From Candidatus Latescibacterota bacterium (GTDB lineage: Bacteria > Latescibacterota > UBA2968 > UBA8231): a DNA stretch of 64,000 nt. Positions within the stretch are counted from its first letter, which is position 1. Each line of letters opens with the position of its first letter. The position numbers and the translations under genes are program-made. Under the pieces are notes generated by a model. That model ran no database searches. It saw only the letters and a list, made by a program, of their open reading frames with translations, and was not told where the DNA came from. Where the stretch lies: contig CBDAOB010000005.1 of the NCBI GenBank assembly GCA_965197905.1, positions 2,240,001 through 2,304,000 of the forward strand, given 5' to 3'. This document shows, piece after piece, positions 10,632 to 20,876 of this stretch.

Positions 10632-11768
10632 CTAGCGATTGCGCAGGTCTGTAGAGCTCAGCTCGCTGCGGAAGCACTCGACCGGAATCGCTTCGAACAA
10701 TCCGCCGAATTCGGCGGGAAGCTCCAGGTCTTCGAGACTCCGCCACCGACCTTCGCTGCTGCGGCCGGCGACCAGGAATCTGCAGCCGGCATCGGCCATG
10801 AAAGCGAGTGCCTCCCGCAACCCGCGTTGGCCACCCTCGTAATAGCCTGGATCGAACAGCCGCACTGCGGTATCCATTCCCAACACGAAGCGGCAGTTCT
10901 CGAATTCACCGGCTTTTTCTTGAAACCGTGGCGTTCGAGTCACGATGGCCGAAAATTTACCCCTGATCGGCAGCAGGCGCCGTTCCAGGTCGTCCCTGTT
11001 CAACTCGGGTTTGTCAGCATTGACCACCGAGATCTCCATGCTCGTCGTGCGTCCACTTTGATGCTGCGCCGCCTGCGCCAACTGGACGTGCCCCTCATGG
11101 AGAGGATTAAACGAGCCCGGTAAGAGCAACCGATCGGTTCGATCGAATTCAATCCGGGGCACACCGTCGATGCCGATCTCGATAACATCGACGTTGCCCT
11201 GCAACAGCAGCCCGATCGGATCATCTGTCGGCAGAACCTTCGTTTCAGTTGCGACGAAAGCGGGCAGCTCATACCGCCCGAAAGGAAGTCCCGAGGTTTC
11301 GCAAATGAGGTCGAGGCAAAAGTTGGAGAGTGCTTCCTCTTGCTCGACCCGACCTGACCCACCGCCAAAGCGCAGTACGGAAAAGCGTAGTTCCGCCAAT
11401 CTCCTAAGCGCCACGAACGCCCGATCCTCGCCGCGGCGAATCCGGTTCGTGGCCAACGCTGCGCTGCAGCCCAAACCCATGGTTGTCGCTTTGGCTTCGG
11501 AGAATCGACAACCCCTCGAGAAAGCACGGATAGCCATGTCGCGCGCCGTGCGCTGATTCGAGCCGTGGGGGCCCGGCGCTTGCAAGTACTCCCGCAGGGC
11601 ACGATGGTGATACGGAACCCGGGCTTCCAAAATGCTCCCGGACGCTCCCGGGTGGTTCAGCAACCACGTCAGCAACTCAACACCGCCCCCCGTCGTTGCC
11701 AGAGAAAGGTAGGTTTCCGTGGAAAAGAGGGCCTCGACTTTCGTCCAGGCAGGAGATATCCCGGTCAT
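10632..11768 (-). CDS. CinA/PncC-like domain fused to an HxGH nucleotidyltransferase (NMN adenylyltransferase-like)
   Basis: N-terminal TGGG...PGASGSILEARVPY...ALAT; C-terminal LPGSFNPLHEGH, FVLGMDT and SSTDLR. ATG 11768 overlaps the upstream stop (ATGA). Confidence 0.8.
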   Translation of the reverse strand: MTGISPAWTKVEALFSTETYLSLATTGGGVELLTWLLNHPGASGSILEARVPYHHRALREYLQAPGPHGSNQRTARDMAIRAFSRGCRFSEAKATTMGLGCSAALATNRIRRGEDRAFVALRRLAELRFSVLRFGGGSGRVEQEEALSNFCLDLICETSGLPFGRYELPAFVATETKVLPTDDPIGLLLQGNVDVIEIGIDGVPRIEFDRTDRLLLPGSFNPLHEGHVQLAQAAQHQSGRTTSMEISVVNADKPELNRDDLERRLLPIRGKFSAIVTRTPRFQEKAGEFENCRFVLGMDTAVRLFDPGYYEGGQRGLREALAFMADAGCRFLVAGRSSEGRWRSLEDLELPAEFGGLFEAIPVECFRSELSSTDLRNR

Positions 11769-13201
11769 GCGGCGAGTGAACCGACCCAGTCGTAGATCCC
11801 GCGAACACCCCACCCGGTGAGGAACAATCCGCTGACAACATTGAGAACCAGCAGTCCCCAGCCCATCCGCAGGGGTGCAGGAAGAAAGCGACGATCGGTC
11901 CACACCATCAGAAAACACCATAATCCACAGGTCAGCACACCGCCAAAGATGGCAGCCGGCGTGACGATTTGCACGGGATTCCCACCCAACCACATGATCG
12001 CTATACCCCCCAATCCGCAGTAGGCAACAACCCAGGGACGCAACGCTCCAACGGTAGATTGACGAACCCGAGCAACGATTGGCCGCAGGCAGACGTGAGT
12101 CGTGCGCACGTAGAGCTCATAAGCCCCGATGATCGTGCCGAAAAACGCGGTAAAAACGCCCAACTGATACAGGTACACGAGATTGGGGTGAAGCAGGGTG
12201 AGAAATTCGGCCTGAACCGAAAGCAGCTGGATACCTGACGGGACGACTTGCTTGGGATAAAGCACAACCGCCCCCAGGACCATGAACGCGATGGTGAACA
12301 TCACGATGCAGCCAAACGAAACCGAGGTGTCGATCAACGGCGCCCGCAGCCATTTCTTTCCCAGCTCCGTATTCTCGGGATCATGCGCTACAGACACTCC
12401 GTTGGCATCGGCAGTGGAGCTGCGCCCCAGAAGACCCCATCCCTTCTCCTTCAGCATCCCGATGTAACCGAAATAATCCTGGGTGCCTCCACCAATGGCC
12501 CCCAGGTAGGTTCCCATCTCCACCCAGGCTGAACGGGCAGCAATGGTCGGATATTTGGTGGCCACCCAAGGCTCGAATACTGGAATCGAAGGTACCAGAG
12601 CTCCCAGGAACACGGCCAACCAATCTGGCTGCAGCACCAGGGCGGCGACCAGAATACTGATCAGTAGCAAGGCTACGATGAAGGTCTGAGTGCGTTCCAG
12701 CGCCGCATAGCTCTGCACCATGGTCAAGGATATGGCGGCAATGACGAACCCCGTTCCCCAGACCCGCGGATCACCCCAGAATTCAGTTTCACCGAGGTCG
12801 AACATCCACACGGTCAGGCCGCCCAACATCTTGGGCAGTCCGGAGAGCCACAGGGGAAAACAGAGCAGGGTGATCACAGCCAGTACCCAGACGGCCCAGC
12901 CCTGTGGTCCGGGAAGATAGTTCCAGCGCTCTATCGGGTGTTCGCCCGTCAAGGTCGCATAACGGGCGGCCGTATAGACCTGGACAAACTTCATCAGTCC
13001 CCCCCCGACAAAACACCAGAGCATCGTGTAACCGAAGAGGGCACCACCCCTGGACGCAAACACCGTTTCGCCGCTGCCGATGGTTACAGAGGCGATGATG
13101 GCTCCCGGCCCGAACAGACGCAGCATCGCCATGAATCCGCGATCCTTCATGGCGGGGGTTAATTCCGGATACCGTTGGGATTCTGACATGGAGCCCTCCA
13201 A
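11765..13201 (-). CDS. NRAMP-like (Mn2+/Fe2+ transporter family) membrane protein
   Basis: FGPGAIIASVTIGSGE...GALFGYTMLW...KF...RY...TGE signature and about 11 hydrophobic segments. Confidence 0.8.
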   Translation of the reverse strand: MEGSMSESQRYPELTPAMKDRGFMAMLRLFGPGAIIASVTIGSGETVFASRGGALFGYTMLWCFVGGGLMKFVQVYTAARYATLTGEHPIERWNYLPGPQGWAVWVLAVITLLCFPLWLSGLPKMLGGLTVWMFDLGETEFWGDPRVWGTGFVIAAISLTMVQSYAALERTQTFIVALLLISILVAALVLQPDWLAVFLGALVPSIPVFEPWVATKYPTIAARSAWVEMGTYLGAIGGGTQDYFGYIGMLKEKGWGLLGRSSTADANGVSVAHDPENTELGKKWLRAPLIDTSVSFGCIVMFTIAFMVLGAVVLYPKQVVPSGIQLLSVQAEFLTLLHPNLVYLYQLGVFTAFFGTIIGAYELYVRTTHVCLRPIVARVRQSTVGALRPWVVAYCGLGGIAIMWLGGNPVQIVTPAAIFGGVLTCGLWCFLMVWTDRRFLPAPLRMGWGLLVLNVVSGLFLTGWGVRGIYDWVGSLAA

Positions 13202-13488
13202 GAGCTTTAATTGCGGGGTGGGCAGATGATACCGCGCCCCGATTCCGGTGTCAACGCAGCGTCATCGGGACCAACATACCTGTTTCCAAAGGCGGAAAAA
13301 CCGTGCCGAATCCCCATTGGAAAAGGGTTGGATCACCCTTCGCCGATGCGCCAGAACCCGGGATATCGGCCTGCCACGGTCCCGTTTCTTACCTCACCAG
13401 CATATCGCTTGACACTGTCACGGCCGTCTCTATTTTAAGTATTTCGAGACACTTGCAGCCATCTACGAGCGGTTGAAGCGAGAGATAT

Positions 13489-15732
13489 ATGGGCGCCAAA
13501 AGCTGGAAGGAACAACTGGCCCGAGAGATCGATGACGACCTGGGCAGGGAGATCGACATCTTCGAAACGCAGATGTCCTTGAGGAAACAAGACAAGATAG
13601 ACGAAGTTCTGTTTGCCGAAACTCGACTTCGCCGTGGCGTGTATGGCCAACGCTACGACAACGGCCAGCGATTCGACGGATCGCAGACGCGAGCGCTGAA
13701 TTATCCAGACGCGAGCACCAAGGGACCGGACACGGTTTGGCACGCACCCGGCATGGTGCGCATCAAGATCCCATTTGGTGGCTTGACCACCGATCAGATG
13801 CACACCTTGGCCGACCTGGCCGAGGAATACTCCGACGAGATCTGCCACGTTACTACGCGGCAGGACATCCAACTCCATTTCGTTCATATCGAAGACACGC
13901 CTGACCTCATGCGCCGGCTGGCCGCCGTGGGCATTACCACTAGAGAGGCGTGCGGCAATTCGGTGCGAAACGTGACCGCCTGCCCCCTGTCGGGCATCTG
14001 CCGAACCGAAACCTTCGACGTGACGCCGTACGCCAAGGCGTGCTCCAAGTTCCTACTGGGGCATCCCGACGTCCAGGATTTCGGGCGCAAATTCAAGATC
14101 GCCTTCTCCGGTTGCAAACACGAAGCGTGCGGCCTCACGAGCATGCATGATATGGGTGCCATTGCCACCACCCGCAAGGTGGATGGAAAAGAGGTGAGAG
14201 GGTTTGAACTCTACGTCGGCGGCGGCCTTGGTGCGGTGCCGCATCAGGCCAAGCTGTTCGATGAATTCGTTCCCGCAGAGGAGCTCTTGTCGACCGCCCA
14301 GGCCATTTCACGAGTCTTCGCACGGTTGGGAGAAAAGGCGAACCGGGCGCGAGCGCGCATCAAGTTCCTGGTCGCGAAATTGGGCATCGAGGAGTTTCGC
14401 AGGTTAGTACTCGAAGAAAAAGCGATCCTGGCCGATGATCCACATTGGTCCGAGTTGGTACGCGACCTGAGCACGGGGGACGAGAAACCGCTGAAACCGG
14501 GTCAGCATCTCAACGGTCAAGACCTGCCGGACGGTTTCGCGGATTGGTATCAAACGAACGTGTACCAACAGCGGCAGCGCGGTTACGCAGTCGCCACCGT
14601 TTCATTGCCTCTTGGGGACATAACCTCGCCGCAGCTCCACGCTCTCGCCGATCTCTGCCGGCGTTTTGTCCTCGATACGGTGCGCGCCACGGTCGAGCAG
14701 AATATCGTGCTGCGCTGGGTTAGCGAGGCTGACCTGCCCGAGCTTTATACCGAGCTCGCCAAGCTCGGACTTGATCAATCTGGAGCCGGCACCATAGTCG
14801 ACGTCACCGCCTGCCCAGGCACCGACACCTGCAAGCTCGGCATTGCTTCCTCGCGCGGTCTGGCGGCAGAGCTGCGCCGACGCCTGGCCGAAAAGAGTCT
14901 CCAGTTCGATGAGTCGATCAAGGATTTGCGCATCAAGATCAGCGGCTGTTTCAATTCCTGTGGGCAGCACCACGTCGCCGATCTCGGATTCTACGGCATC
15001 AGCCGCAAGATCGGCGGATTCACGGTGCCTCACTTCCAGGTGGTTCTTGGAGGCCAATGGTCCGAAAACGCCGCTTCGTTCGGTCAACCGATTGGTGCCA
15101 TCCCGGCCAAGCGCATACCGGATGTCGTCACCCTCATCACCGAGCGTTATATCGAGGAACGGACAAAGCAGGAAAGCTTTCAAGAGTACACCCGGCGAGT
15201 GGGTAAACGGGAGATCAAGGCTATGCTGGAGGATTTGAGCCAGGTTCCCGCGCGGGAGCAGGACCCATCGTTCTTCCATGACTGGGGAGACCCACGGGAG
15301 TTCACCATCGGTGACATGGGCAAGGGGGAGTGCGCCGGAGAAGTCGTTCCGCTCATCCATTTCGAGCTTTCGGCGTGCGAACGCGAGGCTTTCGAAGCCC
15401 AGGTGTTGGTGGATGAGGGCGATTACGAAGCCGCCTGCACGACGGCGTACATGGCCATGGTCCATGCCGCCAAAGCATTGGTAAAAACCCAATTCTTAGA
15501 TATTGCAGAGGATCCGGAAAGGATCGTCGGCGAATTTCGAGCTCGGTTTGTGGAAACTCAGCTCTTCTGGGATAAGTATGCCAAGGACAAGTTTGCCAAC
15601 TACCTGTTCCGCAACCACGAGAATTCCGCGACGGAATTCACCGCCGACTCCGCACGGAGCGTGACCGAAGAAGCGGGTTTGTTTATCGAGGCGACATATC
15701 GGTGCTTCGACGCTATGGCCACTTCAGTGTGA
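13489..15732 (+). CDS. Ferredoxin-dependent sulfite/nitrite reductase (siroheme-4Fe4S) with a C-terminal HEPN-like extension
   Basis: HVTTRQDIQLH, ACGNSVRNVTAC, RKFKIAFSGC, CPGTDTC...SGCFNSCGQH. Extra helical C-terminal domain (AYMAMVHAAKAL). Confidence 0.92.
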   Translation: MGAKSWKEQLAREIDDDLGREIDIFETQMSLRKQDKIDEVLFAETRLRRGVYGQRYDNGQRFDGSQTRALNYPDASTKGPDTVWHAPGMVRIKIPFGGLTTDQMHTLADLAEEYSDEICHVTTRQDIQLHFVHIEDTPDLMRRLAAVGITTREACGNSVRNVTACPLSGICRTETFDVTPYAKACSKFLLGHPDVQDFGRKFKIAFSGCKHEACGLTSMHDMGAIATTRKVDGKEVRGFELYVGGGLGAVPHQAKLFDEFVPAEELLSTAQAISRVFARLGEKANRARARIKFLVAKLGIEEFRRLVLEEKAILADDPHWSELVRDLSTGDEKPLKPGQHLNGQDLPDGFADWYQTNVYQQRQRGYAVATVSLPLGDITSPQLHALADLCRRFVLDTVRATVEQNIVLRWVSEADLPELYTELAKLGLDQSGAGTIVDVTACPGTDTCKLGIASSRGLAAELRRRLAEKSLQFDESIKDLRIKISGCFNSCGQHHVADLGFYGISRKIGGFTVPHFQVVLGGQWSENAASFGQPIGAIPAKRIPDVVTLITERYIEERTKQESFQEYTRRVGKREIKAMLEDLSQVPAREQDPSFFHDWGDPREFTIGDMGKGECAGEVVPLIHFELSACEREAFEAQVLVDEGDYEAACTTAYMAMVHAAKALVKTQFLDIAEDPERIVGEFRARFVETQLFWDKYAKDKFANYLFRNHENSATEFTADSARSVTEEAGLFIEATYRCFDAMATSV

Positions 15733-16313
15733 GAGCAGATTTGTTGGAATCGAGTCGCTTCAATCTAAAAGTCTTTCTGGAGGTCTGGGGAGTCACGCCG
15801 GAAGAGACCTTCAAGACCTTCAACAATTGGATCTCTGAATCCTCCGGTGATACCTTGATCGACGTGGCGGACTACAGCCACGTGCACGAGGGGCCAATCA
15901 CCCTGCTCGTCGGACACGAGGCCAACTATTGCATCGAACAGAACGATTCGCGTCTCGGCCTCCTGTATTCGCGCAAGCGGCTCAACGGAGGCTCGGGAGC
16001 ACAGCTTCACGCTCTGTTCAAATCTGCCCTGACGGCCTGCTTGCGGCTCGAGCGAGAAGAGAAGCTGCAGGGTCGTGTCAGATTTGGCGGCAACCAGTTC
16101 CTGCTGATCGCCAACGATCGGCTTAACGCTCCCAATTCGGCGGCGAGCATGGAGGTGCTGCACCCTGAGTTGGAAGAGGTGCTGGGTATCCTGTTCGATG
16201 GTGCCGAATTCAGCATCGAGCGCGACCCCGACGATGGGAAGCGCATGGAATTGTCAGTCTCCACAGCCAAGGAGTGCAATGTCGGCACCCTTCTGAGCCG
16301 GCTCACCGCTTGA
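15729..16313 (+). CDS. Hypothetical protein coupled to the sulfite reductase gene
   Basis: GTGA overlap with the reductase stop; contains LIDVADYSHVHEGP and NDRLNAPN segments. Confidence 0.75.
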   Translation: MRADLLESSRFNLKVFLEVWGVTPEETFKTFNNWISESSGDTLIDVADYSHVHEGPITLLVGHEANYCIEQNDSRLGLLYSRKRLNGGSGAQLHALFKSALTACLRLEREEKLQGRVRFGGNQFLLIANDRLNAPNSAASMEVLHPELEEVLGILFDGAEFSIERDPDDGKRMELSVSTAKECNVGTLLSRLTA

Positions 16314-16401
16314 CAGTCCAAGGGGGATCGGTATCTTTGCGATATTCTCCCTTTTCTCTTGCCTATTCTACCCGAAATCCTGAACATTTTAGGAGGAAGA
16401 T

Positions 16402-16716
16402 ATGACTTACATCATCGCCGAGCCGTGCGTGGACGTGAAGGACAAAGCGTGCGTGGAGGTTTGTCCGGTTGACTGCATTCATCCGGTCGATGGCGAGGGA
16501 GAAAGCATATTGTACATCGATCCTGACGAATGCATAGATTGCGGGGCTTGTGAGCCCGAATGCCCGGTGGAGGCGATTTTCGCCGAAGAGGATCTGCCCG
16601 AAGAGTGGAGCAAGTATACCGAGATAAATGCCAAGTATTTCGAGTTGAAAGACACTCCGGATGACTGGGCTCAGTACAAACAGGAAAATGCCCAGTACTT
16701 TCAAAAGAAGGAATAG
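16402..16716 (+). CDS. Dicluster ferredoxin (FdxA-type 7Fe/8Fe)
   Basis: [27 protein letters not shown]...[16 protein letters not shown]; strong RBS AGGAGG. Confidence 0.95.
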   Translation: MTYIIAEPCVDVKDKACVEVCPVDCIHPVDGEGESILYIDPDECIDCGACEPECPVEAIFAEEDLPEEWSKYTEINAKYFELKDTPDDWAQYKQENAQYFQKKE

Positions 16717-16745
16717 CGTCGGCTCAACCTGCGATTCGATCGAGT

Positions 16746-16778
16746 AGCCGGAATGTCCAAGGCATTCCGGCTTTTTTT
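16746..16778 (+). terminator. Intrinsic terminator after the ferredoxin gene
   Basis: AGCCGGAATG-TCCAAGG-CATTCCGGCT followed by a T tract. Confidence 0.85.
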
Positions 16779-16848
16779 GTCTCCTTGACGGCGCTCGTGC
16801 CGAATCAGTACCTTCTTTGCTCTCATTTATCGTCAAGAGGAAATATCA

Positions 16849-17844
16849 ATGGCCAAGAAGAAGAAAAAATCGAAGGGCGGAGTTGCGGTCGACAAGGACA
16901 AGCTCTGGTTCATGTACCGGAAGATGAGCGAGATTCGATACTTCGAAGAGCATGTCTGGGACGTCTATACCCGGGGTTTGATGCCAGGACTGGCTCACTT
17001 ATACATCGGGGAAGAGGGCGTCGCGGTTGGCGCCTGCGCGGCATTGCGCGACGACGACTACATAACCAGCACTCACCGCGGTCACGGGCACTGCCTGGCC
17101 AAGGGCGGCCAGCTAGATCGGATGATGGCCGAGATCATGGGCAAGGAAGCCGGATATTGCCGTGGCAAGGGCGGATCGATGCACATCGCCGATATGTCGG
17201 TTGGGATCCTTGGCGCGAACGGCATCGTAGGGGGCGGATTCGGCATCGCCACCGGTGCCGCGTTCTCCGCCAAGACGAGAAAAACCGATCAGGTTGCCGT
17301 ATGTTTTTTCGGGGATGGCGCGGCGAACCAGGGCATCATGCTGGAGACGATCAATATGGCCGTAATATGGAACCTGCCGGTCATATACCTGTGCGAGAAC
17401 AACCAGTACGGCGAACACACCGCCTACGAGAAGGTCACCGGCGTAAAGAATATCGCCGATCGCGGGCTGGGGATGGGGATCGAATCCAAGATAATGGAGG
17501 GATCGGACGTATTGGAAGTTTACGGCATGGTTGGCGCAGCGGTGGACAAGGCGCGATCTGGAAAGGGACCGACACTGCTGGAGGCCAAGACCTACCGCTA
17601 TCGCGGCCACCACGTGGGAGATTCCGGATATTACCGCACCGACGACGAGGTGAAGTGGTGGATGGAAAACAAGGACCCCATCAAGCTGCTTGGCGATCAT
17701 ATGATCGCCGCTAAGGTGACGACGCAAGAAGAGTTGGATGCCTTGAGCGAGACTGTCGAAGAAGAGGTGGAAAGCGCGGTTGAGTTTGGTAGAGAAGCGC
17801 CGCTTCCGGCCCCTGAACAAGCCTACGAGGACCTATATGCCTGA
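16849..17844 (+). CDS. TPP-dependent dehydrogenase E1 alpha subunit (pyruvate/acetoin type)
   Basis: HLYIGEE, STHRGHGH, GKGGSMH, FFGDGAANQG...CENNQY and TYRYRGH. Confidence 0.93.
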   Translation: MAKKKKKSKGGVAVDKDKLWFMYRKMSEIRYFEEHVWDVYTRGLMPGLAHLYIGEEGVAVGACAALRDDDYITSTHRGHGHCLAKGGQLDRMMAEIMGKEAGYCRGKGGSMHIADMSVGILGANGIVGGGFGIATGAAFSAKTRKTDQVAVCFFGDGAANQGIMLETINMAVIWNLPVIYLCENNQYGEHTAYEKVTGVKNIADRGLGMGIESKIMEGSDVLEVYGMVGAAVDKARSGKGPTLLEAKTYRYRGHHVGDSGYYRTDDEVKWWMENKDPIKLLGDHMIAAKVTTQEELDALSETVEEEVESAVEFGREAPLPAPEQAYEDLYA

Positions 17845-18823
17845 AAAAGATATGTTGTTCAAGGAAGCCGTCATCATGGCGATGGGCGAGGAGATGCGCC
17901 GGGATGACCGAGTCTTCCTAATCGGAGAGGATGTTGGGGCTTCCGGCGGCGTGTTCAAATCGAGCGAGGGCCTGCTGGAGGAATTCGGTCCTGATCGGGT
18001 TGTGGATGCGCCCATCGCCGAAGCTGGATACGTCGGGCTTTGCGTTGGAGCCGCAATGACAGGACTGCGACCGATTTGCGATGTCATGTTCGGCGATTTC
18101 GCCTTTTTGGCGACCGATCAGATCATCAATCAGGCTGCCAAGATTCGTTATATGACTGGCGGCCAGTGCGAGGTGTGTCTGACCATCAAGACGACCATGG
18201 GCGCCGGAAGATCGTCAGCGGCACAGCATTCTCAGTCGCTGCACGCGGTCTACTCACACATTCCGGGTTTGAAGGTTGCGGTCCCCTCTTGTCCACGAGA
18301 GGCCAAGGGTCTCCTGAAGACGGCTGTTCGCGACGACAATCCGGTGATCGTTTTCGAGGACAAGATGATGTACAACGACACCGGCCCGGTACCAACCGAT
18401 GAGAACTTCTCGATCCCGTTTGGCGAGGCTGCGATTTTGCGCGAAGGCAGCGACGTGACGATCGTTGCTATCTCCAGTATGGTTGGAGTCTCCCTGAAGG
18501 CCGCCGAGATCCTATCTGGAGAAGGCATCGAAGCCGAGGTTATCGATCCGCGGACGCTCGTGCCTCTCGATACGGCGACCTTGCTCGAATCGGTGCGAAA
18601 AACCGGATACGCGGTGGTTGTCGACGAGGGTGTCCAGCGTTTTGGAGCTACCGGCGAGATCGCTTCGCTGCTCACTCACGACGCCTTCGATTATCTGGAT
18701 GGCCCCGTCGCCCGCATTGGGGCCGCAGATCTGCCCGTCCCGTTCAGCCCTTCCCTTGAAATGCCGACCATTCCGGATGAGGATCGGGTCGTTGCGACGG
18801 TCAGATCGATGCGGAGCGGGTAG
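17837..18823 (+). CDS. TPP-dependent dehydrogenase E1 beta subunit
   Basis: GEDVGASGGVF, DAPIAEAG, GLRPI, AAQHSQS, EVIDPRTLVPLD. ATG 17837 overlaps the end of the alpha gene. Confidence 0.93.
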   Translation: MPEKDMLFKEAVIMAMGEEMRRDDRVFLIGEDVGASGGVFKSSEGLLEEFGPDRVVDAPIAEAGYVGLCVGAAMTGLRPICDVMFGDFAFLATDQIINQAAKIRYMTGGQCEVCLTIKTTMGAGRSSAAQHSQSLHAVYSHIPGLKVAVPSCPREAKGLLKTAVRDDNPVIVFEDKMMYNDTGPVPTDENFSIPFGEAAILREGSDVTIVAISSMVGVSLKAAEILSGEGIEAEVIDPRTLVPLDTATLLESVRKTGYAVVVDEGVQRFGATGEIASLLTHDAFDYLDGPVARIGAADLPVPFSPSLEMPTIPDEDRVVATVRSMRSG

Positions 18824-19747
18824 GTGTCCAATCCCGTCAGCCTGGTCACCGGCTCCAGCAGCGGCATCGGCGCGGCGATCGCCTCGAGCTTCGCAGAAAA
18901 CGGTTGTGATGTAGCTATCAACTACAACACGGGCGAAGATCGCGCTGAGCAGATCGCCTCCGACCTACGCTCCAAACACAACGTTGAAACCCTGACTCTA
19001 CAAGCTGATCTTGCCCAGCGCGAGGCTGCCTTTAGCCTCGTTGACCAAACCATCTCACATTTCGGCCGCCTGGACGTCGTCGTGAGCAACAGCGGCGTCG
19101 TCAACTACGTCCCCGACGCCGAAGGGAATCTCGTCCGCTATCGCTTCGCTGAAACGCCTATGGATCATCTCGATGCAGAGATGCGCCGCGTGATGGATTT
19201 GAACCTCATGGGCGCCTATCGGTTGATGCAGCGCTCAATGCATCACATGACCGCCCAGGCCGAAAGGGAGATCGCAGACGGCAGGGAACCTCCTCATCGC
19301 AGCATTCTTGTGATCTCGTCGATCTCGGATGTCGCACCCGATGCCACGCGAATACCGTACGGGGTGAGCAAGGCCGGAATCCACCACGCCATCATCGGTG
19401 CAGCTTTTGAGGGAGGACCGTTCAACATTACCGTGAACGCGTTGCGACCCGGGGTTATCAACACACCTCTGACCTCGAGGCCATCCGGAATTGAAGATCC
19501 GCAATCAGGGAAGGAACTGACCGTCGCAGAGACCTATGCGCTCATGGCGCAAGGCGGATCGCAGGCGGTTCCCCGCATTGGCAAACCCGATGAAATTGCG
19601 TATGCGGCGTATGCGTTTACCCATATCCCGTACATGACCGGTCAGTTGGTCGCTGTCGACGGCGGTTTCACCCTGGTAAACGGGTTTCCGAATCGGGAAC
19701 TGTTTCTTCGGGAGGGGTTTCGACGCCGGAGTGGTTCAGCGGACTGA
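18824..19747 (+). CDS. SDR family oxidoreductase
   Basis: VTGSSSGIG, YGVSK catalytic motif, TGQLVAVDGG. Confidence 0.88.
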   Translation: MSNPVSLVTGSSSGIGAAIASSFAENGCDVAINYNTGEDRAEQIASDLRSKHNVETLTLQADLAQREAAFSLVDQTISHFGRLDVVVSNSGVVNYVPDAEGNLVRYRFAETPMDHLDAEMRRVMDLNLMGAYRLMQRSMHHMTAQAEREIADGREPPHRSILVISSISDVAPDATRIPYGVSKAGIHHAIIGAAFEGGPFNITVNALRPGVINTPLTSRPSGIEDPQSGKELTVAETYALMAQGGSQAVPRIGKPDEIAYAAYAFTHIPYMTGQLVAVDGGFTLVNGFPNRELFLREGFRRRSGSAD

Positions 19748-19800
19748 TTGCCGCTTCCGGAGTCGGGGTTACGGATTGCTGCGTTTCTTCGTCGAACGGT

Positions 19801-20559
19801 TCATTCGCCCCCCCGCCGAATACTACCCATCTGAATCTCGATATCCTCGCGGTCGGCGACCCGCTCCAGCCGTCCATCGCGAATCCACGCCACGCGGTCT
19901 GCGGCACTGAGCATCTTGTCATCGTGCGTCACGGTGATGATCGTGGTGCCCACATCCGACTGAAGTTGCTTCATATAATCGATGATCTCGCGTCCCGTAT
20001 TGCTGTCCAGATTTCCCGTCGGTTCGTCTGCCAGAATAATCCGCGGACGATTCGCGAAAGCGCGTGCAATGGCCACTCTTTGCTGCTGACCACCGGATAG
20101 CTCGGTCGGCAGATGGTGGGAACGGTCCCCCAACCCGACGATCTCGAGACACTCCTGAGCCCGATCCTCTCCCTCCTTGGTGCTTAGACCGGCAAAAACG
20201 GTGGGCAGAGCGACGTTCATCAGCGCGCTCATCACCGGCAACAGGTTGTAGGTCTGAAAGATGTATCCCAACTCGAAGCAGCGCACCGCGGCCAGTTTCT
20301 GCGGGCTCAAGGTGGCAAGATTTATCCCTTCGATCAGCACCTCGCCTGCCGTGGGGGTCTGAAGAGCGCCTATCATATTGAATAAGGTGGTCTTACCGGA
20401 GCCAGACGGCCCCATGATTGCGAAGAATTCGTTCTTGTGAACCTGAACCGACAAGCCGCGGAGAGCGTGAACGTGGGTTGACTCATCCCGATTCTTCGCG
20501 TTATACACCATTTTCACATCGCGCACATCGACGATGCTGTCGCGTCCGTTTTCGGCCAT
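19801..20559 (-). CDS. ABC transporter ATP-binding protein (LolD/MacB-like)
   Basis: [33 protein letters not shown] and VTHD. Confidence 0.93.
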   Translation of the reverse strand: MAENGRDSIVDVRDVKMVYNAKNRDESTHVHALRGLSVQVHKNEFFAIMGPSGSGKTTLFNMIGALQTPTAGEVLIEGINLATLSPQKLAAVRCFELGYIFQTYNLLPVMSALMNVALPTVFAGLSTKEGEDRAQECLEIVGLGDRSHHLPTELSGGQQQRVAIARAFANRPRIILADEPTGNLDSNTGREIIDYMKQLQSDVGTTIITVTHDDKMLSAADRVAWIRDGRLERVADREDIEIQMGSIRRGGE

Positions 20560-20765
20560 TCTCGCGGAACTCCGGGCTCGTTTATTTAAACCTCAATAAA
20601 AGGGGGTGCTTGGACCTCAAGCGGCCTGAATCTACGAAGCGCCCAACCACAAGTCAAACGAACGTAACCGTAGAATCGTGCGGTCACTTACTGCAATAGG
20701 CTCTTCTATTTGCGGCAAAACTAAACAACCCGCCTAAACTGCCGATATTATCTACGAGAAATGAC

Positions 20766-20795
20766 TTGACTCTAAACACTACTATTTAGTATAAT
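20766..20795 (+). promoter_or_regulatory. sigma70 promoter with an 18-bp spacer containing a dyad (MerR-type)
   Basis: TTGACT(20766-71), 18 bp CTAAAcactactaTTTAG, TATAAT(20790-95), upstream of the MerR-REC gene. Confidence 0.6.
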
Positions 20796-20876
20796 TGCGC
20801 TGACGTTTAGCAGTTTACCCTGACTATACGTGCCCCTGGACGCGCCCCTACTCCAGGACCTGTGAGGAGATTCATA

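Noticed and set aside
11769..11993. Longer start for the CinA-like fusion
   Set aside because: It overlaps the transporter gene; ATGA coupling at 11765-11768 is more plausible.
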